NCBI GenBank assembly: GCA_016748015.1
Contig: JAAOMT010000761.1
Coordinates: 111,331 to 175,330, forward strand
Direction: 5' to 3'
DNA length: 64,000 bases
Origin: Geosiphon pyriformis uo1
Lineage: Eukaryota; Fungi; Glomeromycota
This document shows, in pieces, positions 37,901-50,808 of the stretch. Under the pieces are notes generated by a model, which saw only the letters and a program-made list of their open reading frames with translations, had not been told where the DNA came from and searched no databases. Made by a program: the position numbers and the translations under genes. Numbering within the stretch: position 1 is the first letter of the stretch; each line of letters starts with the position of its first letter.

Positions 37901-40900
37901 CAAGCACAATTTTGAGATTGATTTTGGTGAAAAATTTTAGTTAAAGAATTGAGATATTTTTGCCAAAATATTATAGATTATATTCTGCATCAATTTTATA
38001 AGCTTTTTCAAACTAAATTCTTTGACCATTATTGTCAAAATATTTAAGTTGTAGAGCTGGTTGATTTTCAGTAAAATAGATTGAGGTTGTTGCAATTTTT
38101 TTTTTTGGCTTAAATTCTTCAAACTTAATTTTCTCCTGGTCATTTTTGCTGGGCAAAAAAATGCTAAAAGCATAAAATTTTGGACATTATTTGTCATCAT
38201 AAGGCATGATGTATTCTTTACACAATTGAATGTTCATTTGCTCTAATTGTTAAATTTAAGCTTCTTGGGTTAAATAAATGTGGCTTGCAATTTGGTAGTA
38301 TGTTTCTATTTTATTTTCATAGTTGAATCTAGCTAATTCTATAGTGTATTCAATATATTCAGCTTCTTTTATTTGGTAAATATTTTCTTATGTGGCTTCA
38401 TTGATTAAAATCATTGATAAATCAAAGATTATTTCAACATTATAAGAGTAGTAGTAAAGTTTGTTGAAAGCACTATTGTATGTTATATCAAAAAGTGTTT
38501 TTTTTCTGACTTTTTTCGAAATTGATAGGACATATTGACAGATTTGATCACATATTCTTCCTCTTATTACAACATTAATTCAGTTGTATTTTTCTGGTAG
38601 TGTATCTTCACATATAAGACAAGGAGTGTTATCCTATTTTCTATTTTGTTTAAGATATCCAAATTATTTTCTATAGTATATTTTATAATAGTAACAGATA
38701 CAAGTTTTATATTCCTCTTTTGGAAATATGTATGCTCTTATTGATGAAAGTTTTTTGTTGCAATCTTTGTATTTAAGTGGGATGTAAGATAGTTGTTTTT
38801 GTGGTTCCAGTATAGAGTATCTAACTATATTCTATCCTTTGGTCTCTTCAAAGATTTTTTGTTCTGTTTTCTCAGCCCAATTAAATGTTGATTCAAGAGC
38901 CATATATGTTTTAGTAATTGGCATTTCTTTCTCTTCTTTAAATTTGAACACTAGGGTTTTTTCAGATTGTTTATTAAAAATACCACAGGTGGTAGGTACT
39001 TTGATGCATTGTCTTTGGTATGAAATTTTTAATTCTTAGATTTTTTAATCTAGATTTGTATTGGCCTTGAAAAGTTAATTATTTTTGATAAGAGCTTGAT
39101 ATTGGAATGCATCCATGACTAAAACTTTAATTGGAATAGTAATTCAATTGATAGTAAATAAGAAGTTGTTATTTTTTCTACTGAGATCTTTTTTATATTA
39201 TTAACTATAACAATTACAGTTTGAGCTGGTCTGTTAATGTTTTTTTCAGCTGTTGTATTAATTGATAGGTAATAATGCTTTTAATAGATCTATTGTCTAA
39301 AATTAAATAAATTTGTTTTTCTTTTACTTTAGCTTCAGTATACATAACTATAATTGCTTTTTGTTTATTAATTGCTGTATTACTAAATAAGAATAATGAT
39401 TTATTTGCTTTAAATTCGAATAGAAATATATTTGAAAGGTTAGTATTTTGAGCAATTTGAGCTGGTAGAATGGTATTGTTAGAAGAGTTTGATTTTAATG
39501 CTGCAGTTTTATTTTCAGAAAGTGCAGTTTGTTGAAAATTTTGTTCTTTAGACATAGTTAAGTAACTTGATTAAATATAATAGTAAATAGGTCTTTATTG
39601 ACCAGAATTTTGGAAAACCAACTGGTTGTTTGGGTTAATTCTGTTGTTGTTGCTTTGAAAGCAGTTTTGAGATGTAAATTGGTCATAATTAATTAATCTT
39701 TAAGCAGGTATTTGATATTGCTAAGTAGGTGGTAATTGATATTGTTGAATTGGTAGAAATTGTTGATATTGCTGCTGTATTGATTGTGAAGCAAATTAAT
39801 AGTAATTGTTTTGATTTTGTGGTTTTAGTAAGTAATAAGTTGGTGGTAGAGGTTAGTAATAAGATTGCTGTAGTAAAAAATAATATTGATTACTTCTGTT
39901 TTGTTGGTCTCATTGTAATTTTCTGCAATTTTGTTTCCAATGTTCTAGAATTCCACAATAATGACAGTTTTGTAATTGGTTATTAGATAATAAAAAATAG
40001 TTGTTTTAATTGCGTCATTGGGATGGCTGATATTTTTGTTATTATTGGTTAGTAAAATAACTTTCAATTTTTTTTGTGAGTTGGTCAATTTTTTTCTTAG
40101 TTGCTAAACTGGTTTCTCCAATAACAAGATTTACAAGTTTGATATGGTTTGCTTTTTCCATTGCCATTTCATAGTTTTTTGTATGTTAAATGGCTGTAAC
40201 TAAGTCTACTAAAGCATAGAAATGAACTTTTTTGATTAATTTGTCTTTTAATCCTACTATAAACTGATCTAAAATCTGAGCATTCAAATAATAATCATTG
40301 GTTTTCAATTGTTAAATTCGTCTAAAAAGTTTGTTAAATCTTTCAAAATAAGTCATGACAGTTTCAGATGATTCTTGTTTAATATTGTGAAAGCAATTTT
40401 GGAAAGTAATAAAGATATTGTTGTTGGTAAATTGTTGTAAGAAAGCATTTTTGAATGCTTGCCAGTTTTTAAAGAGTTCTTTTAAGTTTTCAAACTATTC
40501 TCCTGTTGTTTCTTAAAAAAAATATGGAATTGCTTTTAGTATTTTGGCTGCAGTTCATCTATTTGCATTTTTTGCTTTCTGAATTTTGTTAGGTTATTCT
40601 TGTGAACTAGTATTATTATTTTTACTAGTGAATTCTGAAATCTTTGTAATATAAACAGTTGCCATTTTTTTTCATTTTCAATGGTTTTTTCTTTTTTACA
40701 TTCTCTAAATGATTACTTTAGTTTTTTTTTAAGTAATTAAGAAGATTAATATTGGTTAATATTGGTTTTTGCTATTGAATAGAACTTTTAGAGAACTGAA
40801 AATCTTTTAGTCTTAAAAACCAGATAAGTGGTAAATTAAAAGTTTGCAGTTAAGCAAGTAAAGCTGGAAATAATATAAGTGAAAATAGAAGTTTGGCACT

Positions 40901-42348
40901 GATTTTTTGTTCTAGAATTTACAAGTATTTGGCAGTTATCTTAGGTGTTTTCAGGATGTTTGGAATGGTTCTTAAGTGTTGCTTCAATTTTTGTTTGCCT
41001 TTGTTGTTTGTTTTAGTTTTTGATTTAAAGTTAAGAAAGTATTTGGACTGTACTGAATATTTTTTTTCACAATACTAAATAATATTATAGTTGAGTTCGT
41101 GAAAATAAGTGTTAAGTGTTTTACTGTTAAAGTTTTCAATTCCTAAGTTAAAATAGTGTAATAAATTTTCATAGAGATGGCTTCTAACTTCTGAAATGTT
41201 GTAGTTTCCAAAAAGATAGTTATTGATGCAATTTTTGATGTATTGGTATAATGTTTTCTTGAAAACTTTAATTCCATCTTGGATGTTAAATCTTTGCTTG
41301 TAGTAAGTATAAATTGACTGATAATACTCTAAAGTTGTTGTGTTTGATGTGGTTGCTACTTTGAAGTTATTATTGCTATGTTATTTCTGTAAAAGAACAC
41401 CAAATATTACCAAAGATTTTTGGTCTCTTTTTTTGAATATTATTAATGTTTTTTGGTTGTAAATTCACGTTTTCTGGAAGTAATTGGACCTTCAATAACT
41501 GAATTTATCTTCAAATTATCTTTTATAATTTGAACTACTGGGCTTATAAGTAGAATAACCAATTTTGTGCCAATTATTTTATGTAATTATGTTATAGTAA
41601 ATGTCAACTCTTTTTTAGGAATAGTTCATCTAGAAGCTCACTAAAAATGTGTAGTTACTTTGCTGTAAAAGTCAACTCTTTTACAGAAATCTCATCTGTA
41701 GGCTACTCTAATGATTATAATAAGAAAAAAAAAAATGTAAAAAAAATAGAATTTTGTTAAGGAAAACGTTTTCTATCCAAGTCTAGAATTACTAACAAAT
41801 TACTGAAATTAGTAGCTAATCAATTTCAAAATATTAGTTGTGTTGAGAGAATTTCAAATATAATAATTAAGAATTTGGTTTTCGAATATTTAATTTTTAT
41901 TTGAGATATATAAAAAGTAATTTGTTCTAATTAAGATATCTAAAGTAAGATACTATGATAAGATACATTTTTTTGAAAAGAGAAGTTCTTTTTTTATACA
42001 ACTTGCTGTAGTACTAGTTTTTAAACTTGTACTTTTCTTTTTGCTTTAATTTCAGCAAACTTAAGATATATTTTGGCAAACTACAATTTATTTTTACAAA
42101 CTATTGATTATTTTAGCCAATTTTTGTTAATTTCGACAAATTCTTGAATATTAAATGGTTCAGAGTATTGTGTAATTTGATCATTTTAATTTCTATAATA
42201 CAAATTGGGTTATTAATTAAATAATAATATTTGATAATTTGATTAAATAATAAGTGATAATCAAAATGATAATAATCTATGCTAATTAATAATAGAAATT
42301 ATGAGGGTAATTTTATGCTAATTGATAGCTAAAATTCTATTGGTAATA
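31964..42348 (-). mobile_element. Gypsy copy B3 nested in the RT of B1
   Basis: LTRs 31964-32917 and 41405-42348. TSD ATGT/ATAT (one transition). PBS-like TGGTGTTCTTTTACAG, PPT, and a full domain set. The flanks rejoin to restore the B1 RT. Confidence 0.9.
35922..36575. repeat. Solo LTR (654 bp) of an unrelated family inserted in the B3 RT active-site codons
   Basis: TGTTATGGTTGAA...TTCAACTCGTAACA termini; TSD GTGT/ATGT. Removing it restores VVYFDNTNV (YFDD motif). Confidence 0.85.
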
Positions 42349-45300
42349 ATATATCTCCAATTGTCATACTATTAAGTTGACAATAACTTATACAAAATTT
42401 AATCTTTTCATTTTTTTAACAAATATTATTAATAAGGCCCAGAAACTTTTTAATAGTTAGATAAAACTATTATTGAGCATTTATTGTACTTCTTCTTTGA
42501 TGAATTGGTGGCTGGCAGATAGGACTTAATAGATTTATTAATGTTTTAATAGAGCATTTTTTGTGTAAATTTGATGCTATACAATGTCAGTTTTTCTGAG
42601 ATTATTGTTGTTTTTGGCAAATATATTAGCATATTCAGCAATTAAATATTTTAATTGTTTTTGTTATTGGGATTTCAAGAAATTTATATTAATTTAAAAA
42701 GTTTTTTTTTATGATGTGATAATTTTTAATACTAAAAATAATGTTTAGGTTTGAGAATAGTATATCTTTCACAATTTTAATAAAATTAGAGACAATTTAA
42801 AAAGTTTTATTCTAGAAAATATTGTTATGTATAATTTTGATTTCTAATTTATTTAATAAAATAATAAAATGTTTATTGAAATTGTATAAAGTAATTCAGA
42901 ATTTTTTTATTTTTTTTAGAATATAAATGTTTAGAATTGAAATTTTATGCTTTAAACAGATTTGTTTATTTAACTCAAAGATTTATTGAATTGGTAGTTG
43001 GTTTTGGACAAGTGTAAATTTTGTTTTGTAACATAATTGTAATATTTTTAGTATATTCTGTATTAATAACTTTCCTTTTGATATTGATTTTTTTATTTGT
43101 TAATGATAATTGGAAAACAATTTGAATTATTGCTTTTGGTAGTATTTTGAAATCAATTTTAAGATTAGTTTTTGTTAAAAACATGAATTAAAGAATTAAA
43201 TATCTTTGTTTAAATATTGTAAATCATATTTAACATCTATTTTGTAGACTTTTTCTGGCTTGATTTTTTAACTATTATTATCAAAGTATTTGAGTTGCAT
43301 AACAGATTAATTTTTAATCAAATAAACTCAGTATTGTTATAATTTTTTCTTCTGGCTCAGGTTCTCCAAATTTGATTTTATGCTTATTGCTTTCACTGGA
43401 CAAAAAAATGTTAAGAGCATAGTATTTTAAACACTATTGATTATTACAAGACATAACACACTTTTTGTATAACTGGATGTTTATTTGCTCTAATTAGTAA
43501 ATTTAAGCTTTTTTAATTAAGTAAGTATGATTTGTAATTTAGTAATATATTTCTATTTTATTCTTATAGTTGTATCTAGCAATTTCAAAAGTGTATTTAA
43601 TATATTCACTTTTTTTATTTAGTAAACATTTTTTTGGATTTTTCTATTAATCAGAATTATAGCCAGTTTATAAATTATCTTTGTATTGTATAGATAATAT
43701 TAAAGTTTGTTTAGAATGCTGTTATATGTTGCATCAAAAAAAGTTTTTTTGCAGACTTTTTCTGTAATTGATAAGACATATTAACAGATTTGATTGCAAA
43801 CTTTTTCTTTTATTGTAATATTAATTCAATTGTATTCTTCTGGTAGTAGTTCTCTATATATTAAACAAGAAGTGTTATTTTAATTTTTACTTTATTTGGA
43901 ATATCTAAATCATTATCTGTAACAAGTTTTGCAGTAATAGCAAATTGTGTTTTATATTCTTTTTTTGGTAATATACAAGCTTTTATTAATGAAAGTTTTT
44001 TGTTACAATCTTTGCATTTAAGTAAAATATATGGTGGCTGTTTTCATAATTTTGGTTTAAAATAGTAAACAATATACTATTTTTTGGTTTCTTTAAAAAT
44101 TTTCTGTTTTGTTTTCTTGGTTTAATTGGATGCTAATTCAAAAGCCATGTAAGTTTCAGTAATTGGCATTTTTTTTTCAAATTTGAACACAGAGGTTTTT
44201 TTCAAGTATTTGTTAAAAATACCACAAATAGCAAATATTTTAATATATTGTTTTTGGTATAAAAATTTAAGTTTCTGAGTTTTCCAGTTTAATTTTGTAT
44301 TGGCTTTAAAAAACTAATTGTTTCTAATAAAAACTTAATATTGAAGTACATCTATAACAAAAACTTTAACTGAAATAGTGATTCTATTAATTGTGAAAAA
44401 AAAATTATCAATTTTTTTTACTGAAATTTTTTTTATGCTATTAACTATAATAATAACTGTTTGAACAGATCTGTCAACATTTTATTGTAGTTGTTACATT
44501 AACTAATAAGTAATAATGCTTCTGGCAGATTTATTGTTTAAAATTAACCAAATTGGTTTTTCTTTAACCTTAGCTTTTGTATATATAGCTATGATTACTT
44601 TTTGTTCTGTAATGACTATATTGTTAAGCAAAAATGGTAATTTATTTGCTTTAAATTCGAATAGAAATATATCTAAAAAGTTAGCATTTTGGGCAATTTT
44701 GGCTAATAAAACTATATTACTGAAAGAGTTTTGTTTTGGGACTGTATTTTTTACTTCAAAAAGTACAGTTTGCTAAAAATTTGATTCTTTTGATATTGTA
44801 AATAAGCCAAGTTGAGTGTGGTAATAATTGGTCTTTGTCAGACTAGATTTCAGAGAATTAATTAATTGTTGAAATTTGATTTATTGTTGTTACTATATTG
44901 AAAGTAATTTTGTGATGTAAATAAGTTTTGTTGAATTACTTTTCTTGCAGATACTTGGTATTGTTGTATAAGTAGTGATTAATACTATTAAATCTGTAGA
45001 AATTGCTAATCTTATTGTTGCATTGACTGTAAAGCAAATTGGTAATAATTATTTTAATATTGTAGTCTTGGTATATAATAAGTTGGTAATAAAAGTTAGT
45101 AATAAAACTGCTGAAGTTGAGAATAGTGTTGATTATTTTTTTGTTGTGATTTTATTGTATTTTTTGGCAATCTCATTTTTAATTTCTTAAAATTTTACAG
45201 TAATAATAGCTTTGTGGTTAATTGTTGGATAATAATGCAAAGTTTTCTTGATTTTGATATTTTAGAAACTAATATTTTTGTTGTTGTTGTTGTTGTTGTT

Positions 45301-46668
45301 GTTTAATGAAATAATTTTTGATCTTTTTTGTCAATTGATTGATCTTTTTTTCAACTATTGAGCTGGTTTTTTTAATTGCAAAATTCACAAGTTTGGTGTA
45401 TTTGGCTTTTTTATAGTTATTTTATAGTTTTTTGCATGTTAAATAACTGTAGCTAAGTCTATTGAAACATAGAAATGAACTTTCTTGATTAATTTATCTT
45501 TTAATTTTGTAATAAATTGATTCAAAATCTGGGTATTGAAGTAATAGCTATTGGTTTTCAATTGTCAAATTTGTTGGAGAAGTTTGTTAAACTCTTTAAA
45601 ATAGATCATAACAGATTTGGATGATTTTTGCTTGATATTACAGAACTAATTTTGGAGAGTAATAAATATATTATTGTTAATAAATTGTTTTAAAAAAGAA
45701 TTTTTAAATACTTGCTAATTTTTAAATGATTTTGCCAAATTTTCAAAATATTCTCCAACTGTTTTTAGAAAAAGTAAGAAATTGTTTTAAACATTCTGGC
45801 TGTTTTTTAACTATTTGCATCTCCTACTTTCTGGACTTTGTTAAATCATTCTTGTGAACTGGTTTTAGTATTTTTTCCATTGAATTCAGTAATTTTTGCA
45901 ATGTAGGTAGTTGTTATTTCTTTGGTATTCTCATTTTCAGTAGTTTTTTTTCTGTAAATTCAGAAATGTCTTTATTGTTATTAGAGTGATTACTTTGGTT
46001 CTTTGTTAAGAAATTGAGAAGATTAGTTTTAATAAAAATTTGTTTAAGCTGTTGTGTTAGACTTTTTGGTAAAGTAAAGTCTTCTGGTTTTGAAAATTGA
46101 ATAAAAAATAAATAGATGTTTGTAGTTAAGCAAGTAAAATTAAAAATAATATAATAGAAAATAGTAATTTGATATTGATTTTTTGTTGGAATGTTTACAA
46201 GTGTTTGACAGTTATTTTTGGTGTATTGTAGATTGTTTTTAAGTTTTGTTTTTGTTTTTGTTTTCTTTTGTTATTATTTTTAGGCTTTAATTCTATATTC
46301 AAAAAAATTTGAATTGTATTAGGTATTTTTCTTACAATATTAAATAATATTAAAGTTAAGTTCTTAAAAATAGGTGTTAAGTATTTTACTATTAAAGTTT
46401 TCTGTTTCTAAGCAGAAATAGTATATTAAGTTTTTGTAGAAATTGTTTTGACTTTTAAAATATTATAGTCTCCAAAAAAATAATTGTTCATATAGTTTTT
46501 AATATATTAATATAATAATTTTTTATAAACTTCAATTTTATCTTATATGTTGAATCTTTGCTTACAGTGAATGTAAATTAATTAATAGTACTTTAAAGTT
46601 ATTATATTAGGTATAATTACTACTTTGAAGTTGTTATTGTTATGTTATTTCTGTAAAAGAGTACTAAA

Positions 46669-47702
46669 TATTACTAAAGATTTTTGGTCTCTTTTTTTGA
46701 ATATTGTTAATATTAGTTTGCTATTAATTTACATTTATTAAAAGTTAGTAAATCTTCTATAACTGAATTTATCTTCAAATTATCTTTTATAATTTAAACT
46801 GCTGGGCTTATAAGTAGAATAACCAATTTTATGCCAATTACTTTGTATGTTATGTTGTAGTAAATATTAACTTATTTTCAGAAATTGTTTGTTTAGAAGC
46901 TTACTAAAAATATAGTTACTTTACTATAAAAGTTAACTTTTTTTTAAGAATTGCTTATCTAAAAGCTTACTAAAATTGTAGTTACTTTGTTTGTAAAAGT
47001 CAACTTTTTTATAAAAATCTTGTCTATAGACTATCTTAATGATTATAATAGGAAAAAAAAAATAAAAAAATGTAAAAAAAATAGAATTTTATTAAGAAAT
47101 CATTTTTTGTTTAGATCTGAAGTTACTAAAAAATTACTAAAATTAGTAGTTAATCAATTTCAAAGTGTTAGTTGGGTTTTGAGAAATGTTAAGTATAATT
47201 ATTTTAAGAATTGGTTTTTGAAATATTTTTTTATTTTAAATTATATTAATAAGAATAAATTTAAAATAAGATATTTATAATAAGATAATTTTAAGAGAAA
47301 ATATATTTTCTCAAAAAAAGCTCTTCTTTTATACAACTTGTTATAATACTAGTCTATAAACTTAAATTTTTTTCTTTGCAATAATTTAAACAACTAAAGA
47401 TATACTTTAATGAACTACAAGTTATTTTAACAAACTATTAATTATTTTGGTGTTTATCTATTATTTTAATAAATTTTTTACAAATTTTGGTAAATTTTTA
47501 AATATTATATAATTTAGAATATTGTATAATTTGATTATTTTTATTTCTAGTGTATAAATTAGATTATTAATTAAATAGTAAGATTTAATAATTTGATTAA
47601 GTAATAAGTATAAATTAAAATAATATTAATATATGCTAATTAATAATAGGAATTATAAAAGTAATTTTATGCTAATTAATAGCTAAAATTTTACTAGTAA
47701 CA
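46669..47702 (-). repeat. 5' LTR of B1
   Basis: TATTACTAAAG...CTAGTAACA termini; preceded on the plus strand by a decayed PBS (AAAAGAGTACTAAA). Confidence 0.85.
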
Positions 47703-48879
47703 CTTTTTTTAAAGCATCAGCCTTAATAACAGCAGATTTATGTTTTCAAAAAGACATTAAATTAGAAAAAACATTATTATTAACAGAAAACAAACTTATA
47801 TAAAAGCTGAATATATTAATATTTTTATAGTTATACTCAGTTTTTAAAACAACTATTTCTGTTCTAGATTACCAACAGTTTTGCTAAAAGAATCTATATA
47901 TACCAAAACTTTATTAATTTTAAAACCAAAAGCATTACTTGTAACCAAATCTCTATTAACAAATTGTTCAAACACTTTAACCATAGATCAACTAGATTAA
48001 CAATAAAATTGACTAAAGCAAAAAACTTGACCAACTCAAATTTCAAAAAAATTAACTAAAAAAAAATCACAAAATTATCAAGTATTATATTAATAAGAAA
48101 AATTAGATTAACAGAAAGACAAGAAGTCAAAGAAAGCACAAAAACAGCAATCTTAACATAAGATTTGTTGCTAATAACATAAGAAACAAAAGTCTTAAAA
48201 ATTTTAAAAAAGAGAAGTAGAGATATTTATAATTTAAAGCCAAATAATTCAAATTTTAACACTAAAAGCAGTGCTGATTTTTAGAAGTTTTTTTTTTACC
48301 AAATATAATATTTTTTTAGCATATCAGTTCTAATAATTACAACATCTAAATCAATCTAAGATCCAAATATAATCAAAACAAATTAAGAATAATAACCAAA
48401 ATTAAAAGAGCAAAAAATAAAACACATCTGATTTTTAACTTAAAAAATTATATTACTGATTTCAAAAGCAGTACAGCTAGAAAAAAAGTTGATCAATTAG
48501 GTCTTAAATCTATTATAAAACAGAATAGTTTCATTCTGATTTACCAAAAAAAGAATTTTAATATTATTTTTGTTCACTAAAACTGATTAATAATTCAAAG
48601 CAGATACAGCAAGTTTATTAAAGTGAACAACTACATATTATCAAATACCAGCAAATTTTAGCACAATACAAGTAACTTTACCAAATATATTAAAAACTGT
48701 TTTAATATTAACAGCAGATATACTTAAAGGCATATTATACAATATAATAACAGCAGAAAAAGAGCCAAATTCAGAAATTATCAAAGACTTAACAATTTTA
48801 AGAATAGTTAAACAAACAAAACTTGTAAGCTTTACTAAAAAAACAGAATCTAAAAACTCTTGAAAAACAAACTCCACAT
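47703..48879 (-). mobile_element. LINE ORF1-like fragment, bounded by the B1 5' LTR and the D 3' LTR
   Basis: ORF 48641-48919 (VFLVKLTSFVCL..LKIVK..ISEFG) aligns with 24712-24924, and the DNA is collinear with ~23785-24950. Confidence 0.65.
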
Positions 48880-48991
48880 TGTTACAAGTGTTTATTTGGG
48901 GTCTCAAATTAAATAACAAATCTGTAACTTGGTGTTCAATTTATATTGGTGTTGGTGTCTGGAGGTTTCTGTGATCTAAAAGTTTTGTTGT

Positions 48992-49975
48992 TGTTACCAG
49001 AGGTTTTTGGTCTCTTTTCTTGAATGTTATTAATGCCTGTTTACTGTGAATTCACGTTTTTTGGATGTGGTTGAACCTCTAGTAACTAAATTTATCTCCA
49101 AATTATCTTCTATAATTTGAACTGCTGGGCTTATAAGTAGAATGGCCAATTCCATGTCAGTTACTTTATGTAGTTACATTGTAGTAAATGTCAACTTTTT
49201 CTCAGGAATTGCTCATCTGGAAGCTCACTAAATATGTGTAGTTACTTTGCTGTGAAAGTCAACTCTTCTATAGGAATCTCGTCTGTAGGCTACCCTAATG
49301 ATTATAATAAGAAAAGAAAAGAAAATAAAAGAAATGTAAAAAAAAAGTAAAAACTGATTTATGGAAGTTGTTTCAAATCCAGGCCTGGAAGTGCTTTAAC
49401 AGTTTACTGAAATTGGTAGCTAGTTAATTTTAAACTGTTAGTAGGAATTGGTTAATTTCAAGGAAAATAATTTAAGAATTTGGCTTTTTGAATTATTTGA
49501 TATTTATTTTGTCTTTTGTGTGTAAAGGATTATTCTAATTGTTTAAATCTGAAGTAAGATATATTTTCTCAAAGAAAGAAGCTCTTCTTTTATACAACTT
49601 GTTGTAATACTATTCTATGAACTTGAACTATGCTATTTTCTACAATTTTGCTGAACTAAAGATACATTTTGGCAAACTACAAGTTATTTCTGTGAACTAT
49701 TAGATATTTTAGTAAACTATTAATTATTTCAGCAAATTTCTACAAATTTCGGCAAACTTTTTGAATGTTACATAGTTTGGAGTATTGCATGATTGATCAT
49801 CACAATTAGGTTACATTTGTGTTATATACAAATTGGGTTATTAATTAAATGATAATTTCGGATATTTTGCTAATGTAATAAGTGATAATTTGAAACGATA
49901 ATATATGCTAATTAATGATGAGAATTATAAAGATAATTTCATGCTAAATAATATCTCTAATTTTGTCTGGTAACA
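48992..49975 (-). repeat. 3' LTR of C
   Basis: Direct repeat of 57870-58853, same length, differing almost only by transitions. Confidence 0.95.
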
Positions 49976-49988
49976 TCACCTTCTCTTC
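49976..49988 (-). promoter_or_regulatory. Polypurine tract of C
   Basis: Minus strand GAAGAGAAGGTGA immediately precedes the 3' LTR TGTTACC. Confidence 0.8.
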
Positions 49989-50663
49989 AAAACTGAGCTT
50001 CATCAAAGTCCAAGTACTGTCTGTAATTTCCAGATAATAATCCAAAATTATTGAAGAAATTTGGTCTAAAAATTGTTGAAATTTCAGTTCTGTGAGTTTC
50101 ACAATGTATTGAATCTTCAAGGGTTGTAAAATTGGGTTTTGTAAGACGTTTTCACAGATGTAAAATAAGTCATAAAGTCTAAGAGCAGCTCTTAGTTTAT
50201 AGTGACTGTTTGTAGGTTCAGCTGTTGTTTTGAATTCATTGTGGAGTTGTTTTTGAATAGCTTTTTTTGTGAGGTTTGCTGCTGTAAGCTCTCATTTTTG
50301 TTTGTAAAGTGTTTTTCCAATGTAAAAATATCTATATATTGGAGTAGAGTCATGGTTTTTTTCATTAAGACACAGTTGAAATTTTTGTTGGATAGTAGCA
50401 TTTGGTGGAATACTAATAGGAATGAATATTAAATTTTTTCTTAAAACAAGCTTCAAGAGTTCTGGTAGATGAATTCTAGAGTAATTTCTTGTGTTCTTTT
50501 TGTAGGAGTGATAATTTCGTGAATTTGGGGCTAAATTGGCAACTATTTCTGTTTGGATATAATTAATATGTTTTCCTGTAATAGTGATAGATAATTCGGG
50601 TATTGTCTTTAAAGCTAGCATTAATTTTTGAGATATATGTTGAATATTTTGAGAGATAGTCAT
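49976..50663 (-). pseudogene. ORF3 of C, ~230 codons, unknown function, not env-like
   Basis: ATG at 50663. The frame continues through one TGA (50292-50294) to the PPT. Homologs lie at ~28800-29444, ~32918-33604 and, more distantly, 59608-60255. Confidence 0.75.
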
Positions 50664-50808
50664 TATAAAAATTTTAATGAGAAAAATAGATTGAAATTAT
50701 TTTTGGTATGTGGGTTTTTATGTTATTTTTGTCTTTCAGTGTGTTTTGTTTTGTTTTGTTTTTGTGAAATTATTTTTAAATTATAAGGGAATAACTAGTA
50801 AAATTAAA

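Larger units (their letters stand above)
27787..47702 (-). mobile_element. Gypsy copy B1 (old; interrupted in RT by copy B3)
   Basis: 3' LTR 27787-28799 with PPT, ORF3, IN, RH and RT up to 31963. RT resumes at 42353, followed by dUTPase, Cys-rich region, PR, gag, PBS and the 5' LTR 46669-47702. The flanks GCAA and CTTT do not form a TSD. Confidence 0.85.

Noticed and set aside
45278-45303. (TTG)n microsatellite
   Set aside because: Simply the poly-Gln/Asn codons of B1 gag on the minus strand.
49976-50663. env gene / endogenous retrovirus-like element
   Set aside because: No signal peptide, furin site or transmembrane segment is visible in ORF3.
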